Assembly (NCBI GenBank): GCA_044343855.1
Contig: JBIJDX010000003.1
Coordinates: forward strand, 1-39,209
Direction: 5' to 3'
Length of the DNA: 39,209 bases
Origin: Flavobacteriales bacterium
GTDB taxonomy: Bacteria; Bacteroidota; Bacteroidia; Flavobacteriales_F; PHOS-HE28
This document shows positions 1 through 9,362 of the stretch, piece by piece; the stretch's first letter is position 1; every line of letters begins with the position of its first letter. The notes beneath the pieces were generated by a model. The model saw only the letters and a list, made by a program, of their open reading frames with translations, made no database searches and was not told where the DNA came from. A program made the position numbers and the translations under genes.

Positions 1-807
1 GGCTACCGCGAACTGCTGGCCCGGGGAGGGATGAGCGCCACACCGGATGCCGATACGGCACTCCGTAAAGTGGATCGCATCGACCTGGACAAGCCTTTCT
101 ACCGGGACATCTTCAGCAACATGCCGCGCAACGTTGACCTGCCCCAGGTGCGGGATCGATGGAACCTGCGTACCACGCCGGGTTCCGATGTCCTGCTGCG
201 CATGAAGGACGGGCGTCCTTTCCTTGCATCGAGAATGGTTGAACGCGGCAGCCTCTTCGTTTGCGCAGCACCATTGGCCGAGCGCTCGGGTAATTTCACA
301 CGCCATGGCCTCTTCGCAGCCACGCTCCTGCGCATGGCGGAGCTCAGCCGTCCATCGCCTCCGCTCTACCACCTGTCCAACGCGTCTGGATCGCTGCCCC
401 TGTATGGACTTGAACCACCTGCGGACCGCGTGCCCCACCTTCGCGGGCCGGGAGGTATCGACATCGTGCCCGAGTTGCGCCGGCTGAACGGCGGAACGTG
501 CCTGGCCCTGCATGATGAAGACCTGCCGGATGGCCCGTATGCCGTAACGTTCGAGGGCGATACGATGCTGGCATTGGCGTTCAACCTGGACCGGCGCGAG
601 AGTGACCTCCGGACCATGACAGTCGAGGAACTGACCGCTGCCATCGAACGGAGTGGACCGGGTGCTTTCCGGGTCATGGAGCCCGGGGATGATCTTTCGC
701 TACGTTTGGCTGAACTGGACCGGGATCGGAAACTGTGGAAATGGTTCGTGGCGTTGGCCCTGCTATTCCTTGTTTCCGAGGTCCTCCTGATACGCTTCCT
801 CCGATGA
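1..807 (+). CDS. 5'-truncated membrane-anchored protein, likely C-terminal part of a BatA/vWA-domain-containing protein
   Basis: Frame is open from base 1. C-terminal 'AFNLDRRESDL...LWKWFVALALLFLVSEVLL' is typical of BatA-domain proteins. Stop overlaps the next ATG (ATGA, 804-807). Confidence 0.7.
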   Translation, partial: GYRELLARGGMSATPDADTALRKVDRIDLDKPFYRDIFSNMPRNVDLPQVRDRWNLRTTPGSDVLLRMKDGRPFLASRMVERGSLFVCAAPLAERSGNFTRHGLFAATLLRMAELSRPSPPLYHLSNASGSLPLYGLEPPADRVPHLRGPGGIDIVPELRRLNGGTCLALHDEDLPDGPYAVTFEGDTMLALAFNLDRRESDLRTMTVEELTAAIERSGPGAFRVMEPGDDLSLRLAELDRDRKLWKWFVALALLFLVSEVLLIRFLR

Positions 808-2108
808 GCCAGGTACTGCTTCAACATGTGAAGGTTGTCGACCCGGGAGGGCCGCACCACGATGCGCACATCGACATCCTGATCGCGGACGGGATCATCG
901 CGAGGATCGGGGCGCGCATCCCGAGGGGCGAAGCACGTGTGATCAGGGGCGAGCACCTGCACGTGAGCCCCGGGTGGGTGGACCTCCGTGCACACTTCCG
1001 CGAGCCTGGCGAGGAATGGAAGCAGGGGGTGTGGAACGGGCTGGATGCTGCAGCCAGCGGTGGCTTCACGGCGGTGGCCGTGCTTCCCTCCACGCGACCG
1101 GCCGTGGACGGACGACCGGGCATCACACACCTGCTGCAGCGGGCGGGCGGTCATGCGGTACGGCTGTTGCCACTTGGTGCCATCACCCAAGGGACCAAGG
1201 GAGAACAACTGGCGGAAATGCACGACCAGCGCGAAGCCGGTGCGGTTGGCTTCACCGATGACGGGAATGGCCTGCGGAACAGTCGTCTCATGTTGCTGGC
1301 ACTGCAGTATTCTCAGGGCCTGCCAGGCAAACCGCCGCCCCTGATGGTATATCCGTCGGACCCACACCTGAGCCATGGCGGACAGATGCATGAGGGGTCG
1401 ATGAGCGCGCGGCTTGGCTTGAAGGGGCTACCCGCCATGGCTGAGGCCATCGCGCTGCAGCGCGACATAAGCCTGCTGGAGTATGCAGGAGGTCACCTGC
1501 ATGCGGCCACCATCAGCACCGCGGAAAGTGTTGAACTGGTGCGCACCGCCAAGGCGAAAGGGCTGCACGTCACGGCGAGCGTGACCGCCTACAATCTCCT
1601 CCTTGACGATGGATGCCTGCGCGGGTTCGAAACGTTCTACAAGGTGTCCCCCCCCCTGCGGAGCAGCCGTCACATCGATGCCCTGCGCGAAGCGGTGAAG
1701 GACGGAACCATCGACGCCATCGTGAGCGACCACCGACCGGAGGATCGTGAGCATAAACTGGTGGAATACGGACAGGCAGCTTTCGGGATCATCGGGCTCG
1801 AGACCCAGTTCGCGGTGGCCAACACGGCGTTGAAGGGGCGCATGAGCCTGCGGCGCCTGATCGAACGCCTGTGCCACGGACCGAGGACGGTGCTGGGCCT
1901 GGCGGTGCCGCATATCGCTGCAGGCGCTGCGGCCGAATTGACGATGTTCGACCCGGAAGTCAATTGGACCTGCGAGGAGGCCGACCTGGTGAGCCGTTCG
2001 CACAACACACCGTTCCTCGGGCAGCGCTTTGCAGGGCGTGCGGTGGGCATCGCAGGGAAGGGTCAGGTCATCCTGAACGAGCGGGCCGTTGGCGGCCTCA
2101 ACGCATAG
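804..2108 (+). CDS. Dihydroorotase-family (amidohydrolase) protein, probably inactive PyrC'-like
   Basis: Motifs PGWVDL.AHFREPG, AAASGGFT, GFTDDG, KVSPPLR, SDH.P, NTPF. Start taken at ATG 804. Metal-binding HxH reads R-A-H. Confidence 0.85.
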   Translation: MSQVLLQHVKVVDPGGPHHDAHIDILIADGIIARIGARIPRGEARVIRGEHLHVSPGWVDLRAHFREPGEEWKQGVWNGLDAAASGGFTAVAVLPSTRPAVDGRPGITHLLQRAGGHAVRLLPLGAITQGTKGEQLAEMHDQREAGAVGFTDDGNGLRNSRLMLLALQYSQGLPGKPPPLMVYPSDPHLSHGGQMHEGSMSARLGLKGLPAMAEAIALQRDISLLEYAGGHLHAATISTAESVELVRTAKAKGLHVTASVTAYNLLLDDGCLRGFETFYKVSPPLRSSRHIDALREAVKDGTIDAIVSDHRPEDREHKLVEYGQAAFGIIGLETQFAVANTALKGRMSLRRLIERLCHGPRTVLGLAVPHIAAGAAAELTMFDPEVNWTCEEADLVSRSHNTPFLGQRFAGRAVGIAGKGQVILNERAVGGLNA

Positions 2109-2151
2109 GGGCAACGGACATCCCGGGGAGTTTGCGGTACACCAAGGCAGA

Positions 2152-2352
2152 TCAACTCACTGCATCACCGCAGAACGAAGTTCCGGTGGCGATGATCACG
2201 GTCTGCAGTGTGAGGGTGAGGATGTCCACCGTCGGTTCGGCCATCAATGGCATCGGGGGTTCCATCGCACCAGGCAGTTCAGGTTCGGCATGGGCACGCG
2301 TCCACATGGTCGGGGCTTGCGCTTCAGGAAGTGCCGATACGGACACTGTCAC
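2152..2352 (-). CDS. Possible small hypothetical protein (66 aa)
   Basis: GTG start overlaps the upstream TGA (GTGA, 2349-2352) and the ORF fills an otherwise empty gap. No recognisable motif. Confidence 0.3.
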   Translation of the reverse strand: MTVSVSALPEAQAPTMWTRAHAEPELPGAMEPPMPLMAEPTVDILTLTLQTVIIATGTSFCGDAVS

Positions 2353-2906
2353 TGACCGGCTGTCGCACTGCTGTCGACCGCCATGGCCTTGAATCGGGCG
2401 ATGAGCTCCTCATCGGTGTACTTGAGGTTCTCGATGGCCTGCCGTGCCTGGATGGCATACGCGTGATCGGGAAAAGTCCTGATGAGCTCCATGTACGCGG
2501 CCTCCGCCTCGCCCAATCGATCGAGGTCGGCGTCTATCACGAACGCCTTGAGATAGTAGGTATCCGCCAGTTTGCTCCACGATGGATAATCCCGGATGAT
2601 CCGGTCATAGAGGAAGACGCTCTGTTGGGGATCCTTCATGCTGCGGGCCACCCCGGCGGCACGGAACAGGTACTCAGGTGCCAGGCTGTCGAGCGGCATG
2701 GAGGTGGCGTAGGCCTTGTAAACATCCAGCAGGGCCTGTGCATTGCGCTGTTCGAAGAGACCGCTGGTGAACAGGGAATCCTCCATACGCTGGATGCGGG
2801 AGCGCATTTCGGTGGCCTTTGCGGCCTTCTCGTCCATGGGAGCATCCGTGCCGCAAGCAAAGAGCAGCAAGAACGAGGCGATGCGGATCAGGGAACGCAT
2901 GTTCAT
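2349..2906 (-). CDS. TPR-containing lipoprotein (BamD/YfiO/CpoB-like repeats)
   Basis: Lipobox LFAC and TPR-like helices (LYDRIIRDYP, YMELIRTFPDH). ATG overlaps the def stop. Confidence 0.8.
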   Translation of the reverse strand: MNMRSLIRIASFLLLFACGTDAPMDEKAAKATEMRSRIQRMEDSLFTSGLFEQRNAQALLDVYKAYATSMPLDSLAPEYLFRAAGVARSMKDPQQSVFLYDRIIRDYPSWSKLADTYYLKAFVIDADLDRLGEAEAAYMELIRTFPDHAYAIQARQAIENLKYTDEELIARFKAMAVDSSATAGQ

Positions 2907-3484
2907 TTGGTCACAGGAAAACGCATTTTGTAACGGGCATCGCACTTCCCTTTGCCGATATCACGCAACCTGCCCTGGAGCAGGCGTTGGCGCAGGGGTG
3001 CCAGGTGATCGGTGAACAGGACCCCCTCCAGGTGATCGTGCTCATGCTGGATCACCCGCGCCGCAAAGCCGGCGAACTCCTCTTCGTGCTCATTGAACTG
3101 TTCATCCTGGTACTGAAGCACGATGCGCTCCGCACGATAAACCTCTTCACGTATGCCGGGAATGCTGAGGCACCCCTCCTCGAAGCCCCACTCCTCCCCT
3201 TCCTCCTCCACGATGTACGGATTGATGAAGACCTTCTTGAAGTCCTTCAGGTGCGCCTCTTCGGTCGGCTTCCCATCCTCATCCTCAGCGAACGGTGAAG
3301 CGTCCACGATGAACAGGCGTATGCTCTGCCCGATCTGGGGAGCCGCAAGCCCGACACCATTGGCTTCGTACATCGTCTCGAACATATCGGCGATGAGCCG
3401 CTGCAGGTCGGGGTGCCCGGGCTCTATGTCCTTGGCAACCTTCTTCAGGACCGGGTCGCCGTACGCACGGATGGGGAGTATCAT
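2903..3484 (-). CDS. def: Peptide deformylase
   Basis: GVGLAAPQ, EGCLS and HEHDH motifs. Start MILPI at 3484. Confidence 0.97.
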   Translation of the reverse strand: MILPIRAYGDPVLKKVAKDIEPGHPDLQRLIADMFETMYEANGVGLAAPQIGQSIRLFIVDASPFAEDEDGKPTEEAHLKDFKKVFINPYIVEEEGEEWGFEEGCLSIPGIREEVYRAERIVLQYQDEQFNEHEEEFAGFAARVIQHEHDHLEGVLFTDHLAPLRQRLLQGRLRDIGKGKCDARYKMRFPVTK

Positions 3485-3495
3485 GGTTTCGGCTG

Positions 3496-3503
3496 CAAAG
3501 GTA
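3496..3503 (-). promoter_or_regulatory. Bacteroidota -7 promoter element (TACCTTTG) for def
   Basis: Exact TAnnTTTG match 11 nt upstream of the ATG. Confidence 0.7.
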
Positions 3504-3531
3504 ATGGCGTGCGGTCTGCCTGCAGCAGCGA

Positions 3532-3948
3532 TCAGCACGCACGCCCCGCCAGCCACCCCTGCAGAATGATCGTGGCGCTGATACGATCCAGCTGTCCCTT
3601 CTCCCGTCGGGCCATGCGCCCCTTGCCGCTGGCCATCAGGGTCTGTTGCGCCATGCGGCTGGTGAAGCGCTCATCCATCGTTTCCACCCAATGGGCCGGG
3701 AAGGCCTTGCGCAGGTGACCGATGAACTCCATCACCGCAGCCGTGGCATCCGTGGGCCGCCCGTCCAGGTGCACGGGCAGGCCCACCACGAAACCATCCA
3801 CCTGTTCGCGGGCCACATAGGCCTTGAGGTAGCCAAAGAGTTCAATGGTGGGCACGGTATCCAGCGCCGTGGCGATGATCCGCAGGGGGTCGGTCACGGC
3901 CAGTCCGGTCCGTTTAAGACCGTGATCGATGGCAATGACGCGTGGCAT
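3532..3948 (-). CDS. ruvX: RuvX/YqgF family nuclease
   Basis: IAIDHGLKRTGLAVTD, VVGLP, DERFTS and D..SA.IILQ motifs. Confidence 0.95.
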   Translation of the reverse strand: MPRVIAIDHGLKRTGLAVTDPLRIIATALDTVPTIELFGYLKAYVAREQVDGFVVGLPVHLDGRPTDATAAVMEFIGHLRKAFPAHWVETMDERFTSRMAQQTLMASGKGRMARREKGQLDRISATIILQGWLAGRAC

Positions 3949-3986
3949 GGCACGCGAAGGTCGGACAAGGCGCCCATCTTTGCACC

Positions 3987-4808
3987 ATGCATGAACTGAT
4001 CGAAAAGGCGTGGAACGACCGCAGCATGCTGCGCGATGAGGAGGTGGTGCTCGCCATTGAGGGTGTGATCGAGCGGCTTGACCGCGGCGAATTGCGCGTC
4101 GCCACACCAAGGGTCACGCCGGGCGGAGTCGCAGAGTGGCAGGTGAACGAATGGGTGAAGAAGGCCGTGCTGATGTACTTCCCCATCAAGAAGATGCACA
4201 CGTTCCAGGTGGGGCCGCTGGAGTTCCACGACAAGATCCCGCTGAAAAAGCACTATGCCGACCTGGGCGTGCGGGTGGTTCCCCATGCCATTGCGCGGCA
4301 TGGCAGCTACCTGGCACCCGGCGTGATCCTGATGCCAAGCTACGTGAACATCGGCGCCTACGTGGATAGCGATACCATGGTGGACACCTGGGCCACGGTG
4401 GGCAGCTGCGCGCAGATCGGGAAGGGCGTGCACCTGAGCGGCGGCGTGGGCATTGGCGGTGTGCTGGAGCCCGTGCAGGCCGCGCCCGTGATCATCGAGG
4501 ATGGCTGCTTCATCGGATCCCGCGCCATCGTGGTGGAGGGCGTGCGGGTGGGGAAGGAAGCTGTGCTCGGTGCGAACGTCGTGCTCACCGCGAGTACCCG
4601 GATCATCGACATCACCGGCCCCGAGCCGAAGGAGATGAAGGGCCACGTTCCACCCCGCTCCGTGGTGATCCCCGGCACCGTACCGAAGAAGTTCCCCGCC
4701 GGCGAGTTCGGCGTGCCTTGCGCGCTCATCATCGGCCAGCGTAAGGAGAGCACGGACAAAAAGACCAGTTTGAACGAGGCATTGCGCGAGCACAGCGTGG
4801 CGGTATGA
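3987..4808 (+). CDS. dapD: 2,3,4,5-tetrahydropyridine-2,6-dicarboxylate N-succinyltransferase
   Basis: WVKKAVL, DKIP, YVNIGAYVD, VGSCAQIG, GGVLEP and hexapeptide repeats. Confidence 0.96.
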   Translation: MHELIEKAWNDRSMLRDEEVVLAIEGVIERLDRGELRVATPRVTPGGVAEWQVNEWVKKAVLMYFPIKKMHTFQVGPLEFHDKIPLKKHYADLGVRVVPHAIARHGSYLAPGVILMPSYVNIGAYVDSDTMVDTWATVGSCAQIGKGVHLSGGVGIGGVLEPVQAAPVIIEDGCFIGSRAIVVEGVRVGKEAVLGANVVLTASTRIIDITGPEPKEMKGHVPPRSVVIPGTVPKKFPAGEFGVPCALIIGQRKESTDKKTSLNEALREHSVAV

Positions 4809-5812
4809 AGCAGTTCCTTGTCATCCAGACCGCCTTCCTGGGCGATGCCGTGCTGGTGACGAGCATCCTGGAAAAGCTGCACGCCCGCCACCCCGATGCC
4901 GCCATCGACCTGGTGGTGCGCAAGGGGAACGATGGGTTGTTCACGGGCCATCCCTTCCTGCGGAACCTGTTCGTGTGGAACAAGCGCACCGCCAAGAACA
5001 AGGCGCTGTTCAAACTGATCGGCGAACTGCGCAGGAACAGGTACGACCACATCATCAACTGCCAGCGCTTCCTCAGCACCGGCCTGATGACCTTGCTGGC
5101 GCGTGGCTTGGAGAAGGTCGGGTACGACAAGAACCCGTTGAGCTTCCTTTTCAACCGCACGGTGCAGCATGTGATCGGGGACGGACGGCACGAAGTGGAC
5201 CGCCTGAACGCGCTGATCGAGCACCTCACGGACGGCACGCGCCCCCTACCCCGCCTCTACCCGACAGCAGAGGACCGCGCCAAGGTCGAAGGGATCATCC
5301 GCTCGCACGGGCTTGCAAGCACCGTCCCCCATGAGCACATGCTCTACGTCTGCATCGCCCCCGCCTCGGTCTGGTTCACCAAGCAATGGCCGGAGCACAA
5401 GTGGATCGAGCTGGTGAAGGCTCTTCCGCGCGAGCAACAGGTCTTCATCATCGGCGCTCCCAGTGACACCTCCCTGGCGCAGCGCATCATCGCGGCCAGC
5501 GGCCGTGGCGTGGACCTCACCAAGGACCTGCGCCTGCTGGAAAGCGCAGTACTGATGGAATGCGCCGCCATGAACTACGTGAACGACAGCGCACCGCTGC
5601 ACATCGCCAGTGCGATGAACGCGCCGGTGACGGCCATCTTCTGCAGCACCGTGCCGGCCTTCGGCTTCGGGCCGCTGCGCACGAACGGACGTGTGGTGGA
5701 AACGCCTGAGAAACTGGACTGCCGGCCGTGCGGCCTCCATGGGCACAGGGCATGTCCAAAGGGGCATTTTGAATGTGGGGAGGGGACCGGGATATCGATG
5801 GTGGCTTCCTGA
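4805..5812 (+). CDS. Glycosyltransferase family 9 (ADP-heptose:LPS heptosyltransferase-like)
   Basis: QTAFLGD, TKQWP, NDSAPLHIA and C.PC..HG...CP motifs. Confidence 0.9.
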   Translation: MKQFLVIQTAFLGDAVLVTSILEKLHARHPDAAIDLVVRKGNDGLFTGHPFLRNLFVWNKRTAKNKALFKLIGELRRNRYDHIINCQRFLSTGLMTLLARGLEKVGYDKNPLSFLFNRTVQHVIGDGRHEVDRLNALIEHLTDGTRPLPRLYPTAEDRAKVEGIIRSHGLASTVPHEHMLYVCIAPASVWFTKQWPEHKWIELVKALPREQQVFIIGAPSDTSLAQRIIAASGRGVDLTKDLRLLESAVLMECAAMNYVNDSAPLHIASAMNAPVTAIFCSTVPAFGFGPLRTNGRVVETPEKLDCRPCGLHGHRACPKGHFECGEGTGISMVAS

Positions 5813-5820
5813 CCCCCGCC

Positions 5821-5828
5821 TACTTTTG
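5821..5828 (+). promoter_or_regulatory. Bacteroidota -7 promoter element (TACTTTTG)
   Basis: Exact TAnnTTTG match 14 nt upstream of the CCA-enzyme ATG. Confidence 0.65.
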
Positions 5829-5842
5829 CCGCCCTTCCGCTC

Positions 5843-7357
5843 ATGCACACCACCTCCCGATACACCGTGGATCCTGCCCGTCTGGATGGCGTGGTGGACG
5901 AGCCGCTGTTCCAGGCGGTGGCGGATGAAGCGGCGGAACATGGAATTCCGGCCTTCGCCATCGGCGGCTATGTGCGCGACCGGCTCATCGGGAGGCCCTG
6001 CAAGGACATCGACTTCGTGGTGGAGGGTGATGGCATGGCCTTCGCAAAGGCCGTGGCCCGTCGCCTGAAGGCCGAACCCGTGCATGTCTTCAAGAACTTC
6101 GGCACCGCCATGTTCACCCTTCGGGACCCTCAGGGTGACATCCAGGTGGAGTTCGTCGGCGCCCGCAAGGAGAGTTACAGCCGCAACAGCCGCAAGCCCG
6201 AGGTGGAGCCCGGCACCATCAAGGACGATCAGGAACGGAGGGACTTCACCATCAATGCACTGGCCATCTCGCTGAACCGTGGCAGCCTCGGAGCACTGGT
6301 GGATCCCTTTGGCGGCATCCTGCACCTCGACCAGGGGCTGCTGCGCACGCCGCTCGATCCGGATATCACCTTCAGCGATGATCCGCTGCGGATGCTGCGT
6401 GCCGTGCGCTTCGCCAATCAATTGGGCTTCGCCATCGACCCGGCCACCTTCGAGGCGATCAAGCGCAACGCCCACCGGTTGGAGATCATCAGCGCCGAGC
6501 GCATACACACCGAACTGAACAAGATCATCCTCACGGACAGGCCCAGCATCGGCTTCCTCCTGCTGCGTGAAACGGGCCTCATGCAGGAGTTCCTGCCCGA
6601 GTTCCTCGAACTGGCGGGGGCAGAGGAACGGTTCGGCATCGGACACAAGGACAATTTCCACCACACCCTCCAGGTCCTTGACAATGTGAGTTCGCAGAGC
6701 GATGACCTGTGGCTGCGCTGGGCGGCTGTCCTGCATGACATCGCCAAGCCCCGCACCAAACGCTTCGAGCAAGGCACCGGCTGGACCTTCCACGGCCACG
6801 AGGACAAGGGGGCACGCATGGTTCCGGGCATCTTCCGCCGCCTGAAACTGCCTCTGGATGAGCAAATGAAGTTCGTGCAGAAGCTCGTGGCCCTGCACCT
6901 GCGTCCAATTGCACTGACCAAGGATGAGGTGACCGACAGTGCGGTGCGCCGTCTGCTGTTCGACGCGGGCGATGCCATCGACGCATTGATGATCCTGTGT
7001 CGCGCGGACATCACCAGCAAGAACGAAAAGAAGAAGGAACGGTACCTGCGCAACTATGAGCTGGTGATGAAGAAGCTCAGGGATGTGGAGGAAAAGGACC
7101 GTGTGCGCAATTTCCAGCCGCCCATTACGGGCGAGGATATCATGCATGCCTTCGATATCGAACCCTGCAAGCTTATCGGCGACATCAAGACCGTCATCAA
7201 GGACGCCATCCTGGACGGCCACATCCGGAATGAGCGAAGCCAGGCATGGCAATTGATGCTGGATACTGGAGCACTGCTGGGCCTTCAGGCTGTGGCAACC
7301 TCGGACACAGGACCGCGCAGGCCATCAGGCGGCAAGGATTCCCCGGGCAACGCGTAG
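5843..7357 (+). CDS. CCA tRNA nucleotidyltransferase / poly(A) polymerase family protein with HD domain
   Basis: [33 protein letters not shown] and LHDIAK motifs. Confidence 0.93.
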   Translation: MHTTSRYTVDPARLDGVVDEPLFQAVADEAAEHGIPAFAIGGYVRDRLIGRPCKDIDFVVEGDGMAFAKAVARRLKAEPVHVFKNFGTAMFTLRDPQGDIQVEFVGARKESYSRNSRKPEVEPGTIKDDQERRDFTINALAISLNRGSLGALVDPFGGILHLDQGLLRTPLDPDITFSDDPLRMLRAVRFANQLGFAIDPATFEAIKRNAHRLEIISAERIHTELNKIILTDRPSIGFLLLRETGLMQEFLPEFLELAGAEERFGIGHKDNFHHTLQVLDNVSSQSDDLWLRWAAVLHDIAKPRTKRFEQGTGWTFHGHEDKGARMVPGIFRRLKLPLDEQMKFVQKLVALHLRPIALTKDEVTDSAVRRLLFDAGDAIDALMILCRADITSKNEKKKERYLRNYELVMKKLRDVEEKDRVRNFQPPITGEDIMHAFDIEPCKLIGDIKTVIKDAILDGHIRNERSQAWQLMLDTGALLGLQAVATSDTGPRRPSGGKDSPGNA

Positions 7358-7408
7358 TTTCGCCAAGGCGACCGGTGGAAAGCCATCGCACCGACGCCCA
7401 ACCCCACC

Positions 7409-7987
7409 ATGCGCATCTACCGTTTCCGTGTCCTGATCGACCACGAGAGCGAAGCCTTCCGCGACATCGAGATCGGCAGCGAGCAGAACTTCCAGGACCT
7501 TCACAACGCCATCAAGGCAGCCTTTGGTTTCATCGGCCAGGAAATGGCCAGCTTCTATGTGAGCGATGAGAACTGGGACAAGGGACCGGAGATACCGCTC
7601 GCTGACATCGGGTTCTCCGAAGAGGGCGATGCGCCAGCGCTGATGCACGAAGTATACATCAGCGACCACATCAGAAGCACCTCCCAGCGGTTCATCTACG
7701 TTTACGACTTCCTGCACATGTGGATGTTCATGGTGGAGCTCATCCAGGCGGGCGATCCGGCACCCGGCACCTCCTATCCCCGTGTGGTGTTGAGCATGAA
7801 CGAGGCACCCGGGGAGCACAGCCGCGAGGACGACCTCACCGCAGGCATCATGGAGGACGATCCGTATGCACTGGACGCCGAGGAACAGCAGTACGAGGAG
7901 GACGATGAGCATGGCTTCGATGGGGAGGACGACCACAACGAGTTCGGCCATGGAAGCGGGGACGAGCATGGGGATGAGTTTCGCTGA
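7409..7987 (+). CDS. pRiA4b ORF-3 / IS1096-passenger TnpR-like family protein with acidic tail
   Basis: R.IEI...F.DLH.AI..AF and YVYDF...W motifs, with an Asp/Glu/His-rich C-terminus. Lies directly upstream of miaA. Confidence 0.75.
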   Translation: MRIYRFRVLIDHESEAFRDIEIGSEQNFQDLHNAIKAAFGFIGQEMASFYVSDENWDKGPEIPLADIGFSEEGDAPALMHEVYISDHIRSTSQRFIYVYDFLHMWMFMVELIQAGDPAPGTSYPRVVLSMNEAPGEHSREDDLTAGIMEDDPYALDAEEQQYEEDDEHGFDGEDDHNEFGHGSGDEHGDEFR

Positions 7988-7990
7988 GCG

Positions 7991-8911
7991 GTGAACAGCT
8001 CCATCGACGATAGCCGACAACCGCTGCTCATCGTGGTCGGTGGTCCAACGGCATCCGGCAAGACACGGGCGGCAGTGCACCTGGCCCAAGCGTTCGGCAC
8101 GGAGGTCATCAGCGCGGATTCACGCCAGTTCTACCATGCCATGCGCATCGGCACGGCCCGGCCTGCCGGACGGGAGCTCGGCGGTGTGCCCCATCACTTC
8201 CTCGGGCACCTCGAACTGGAGGAGACCTGGAGTGCCGGACAGTTCGCACGTGCGGCGGAGCCGGTGCTGCAGAGCATCCTGGGGCGGCATGGAACCGCCA
8301 TCATGGTGGGGGGAAGCGGGCTCTACATCGACGCACTGGTAAAAGGGCTGGATGCATTACCGGCAGGCAACTCCCGGGTGCGGAGCAGCCTGCAGGAACG
8401 TTTCAGGAAGGATGGCCTCGCAGTATTGGTGGAGGAACTGGAGCGCCGTGACCCCTCCTCTCATGGCCGCATCGACCGCGCCAACCCCCACCGCGTCATC
8501 CGCGCCCTGGAGATCTGCATCATCACCGGTCGTCCGTACAGTGAGCAGCGCAGCACACCGAACGACCGCACCGATATGCGCATCCTGCGCCTGGCCATGG
8601 ACCTGGACCGCGCCACGCTGTATCAGCGCATTGATGCCCGTGTGGACCGCATGGTGGAGGAGGGCTTGGAGGCGGAGGCACGCATGCTGCTCCCCCATCG
8701 GCACCTGAACGCACTGCTGACCGTTGGATACTCCGAGCTCTTCCAATACTTCGACGGGACCATCGAACGCGCGGCGGCGATCGGCCTGATAAAGCAGCAC
8801 AGCCGCAACTATGCCAAACGCCAGCTTACCTGGTTGCGGCGTGGCGATGCCTGGCAAAGGGTGCACCCCGACGATGTGGATGCCATGGTCCGCATGGCCC
8901 GCGCCCATTGA
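7991..8911 (+). CDS. miaA: tRNA dimethylallyltransferase
   Basis: GPTASGKT P-loop, SADSRQ.Y, IGTA.P, GGSGLY, RALE and YAKRQLTW motifs. Confidence 0.97.
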   Translation: MNSSIDDSRQPLLIVVGGPTASGKTRAAVHLAQAFGTEVISADSRQFYHAMRIGTARPAGRELGGVPHHFLGHLELEETWSAGQFARAAEPVLQSILGRHGTAIMVGGSGLYIDALVKGLDALPAGNSRVRSSLQERFRKDGLAVLVEELERRDPSSHGRIDRANPHRVIRALEICIITGRPYSEQRSTPNDRTDMRILRLAMDLDRATLYQRIDARVDRMVEEGLEAEARMLLPHRHLNALLTVGYSELFQYFDGTIERAAAIGLIKQHSRNYAKRQLTWLRRGDAWQRVHPDDVDAMVRMARAH

Positions 8912-9035
8912 CCATCACGACGTGGGACCGCAGCCCCCAAGGTACCGGGCATGCACCGATCACCCGTCATAGGGTGGTGCCCGGGATGCAGGGGAACAGG
9001 GATCCGCAAGCGTTAGCTTCGCGGAGACAGCCGCC

Positions 9036-9362
9036 ATGAGCCGGGATCGACTGGAACAACTGCGTGCAATGCTGGCCGAGGAACCGGGAGACCTGTTCCT
9101 GCGCTATGCGATCGCGCTGGAGCACAAACGCATGGGAGCAATGGAACAGGCGGTATTGCAACTGGAGGACATCCTGCGCGAAGAACCAGGACATCTGCCC
9201 AGCTACTACCAACTGGCGGTGATGCTGGCGGATCTTGGCCGGTCGCAGGAAGCCATCGAGGCATGCAATGCCGGCAGCCTGCGATGCATCGTTGCGGGTG
9301 ATCGCAAAGCGCGTTTGGAGTTGCTGGCATTGAAGGACCAGATCTCCGGGGACTTGTCATGA
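9036..9362 (+). CDS. Small TPR protein
   Basis: R...L..ML...P.D.F.RY..ALE helical repeats. A TAGCTTCG promoter-like element lies at 9014-9021. Confidence 0.8.
   Translation: MSRDRLEQLRAMLAEEPGDLFLRYAIALEHKRMGAMEQAVLQLEDILREEPGHLPSYYQLAVMLADLGRSQEAIEACNAGSLRCIVAGDRKARLELLALKDQISGDLS

Noticed and set aside
5246-7252. 668-aa antisense ORF, and similar long shadow ORFs (16861-18351, 18132-19622, 23983-25506, 26784-28172, 34347-35888)
   Set aside because: They lie opposite well-supported genes. Long antisense frames are expected in high-GC DNA and these show no motifs.
7409-7987. Possible IS1096-type mobile element
   Set aside because: No transposase, terminal inverted repeats or target duplication, and the context is housekeeping.
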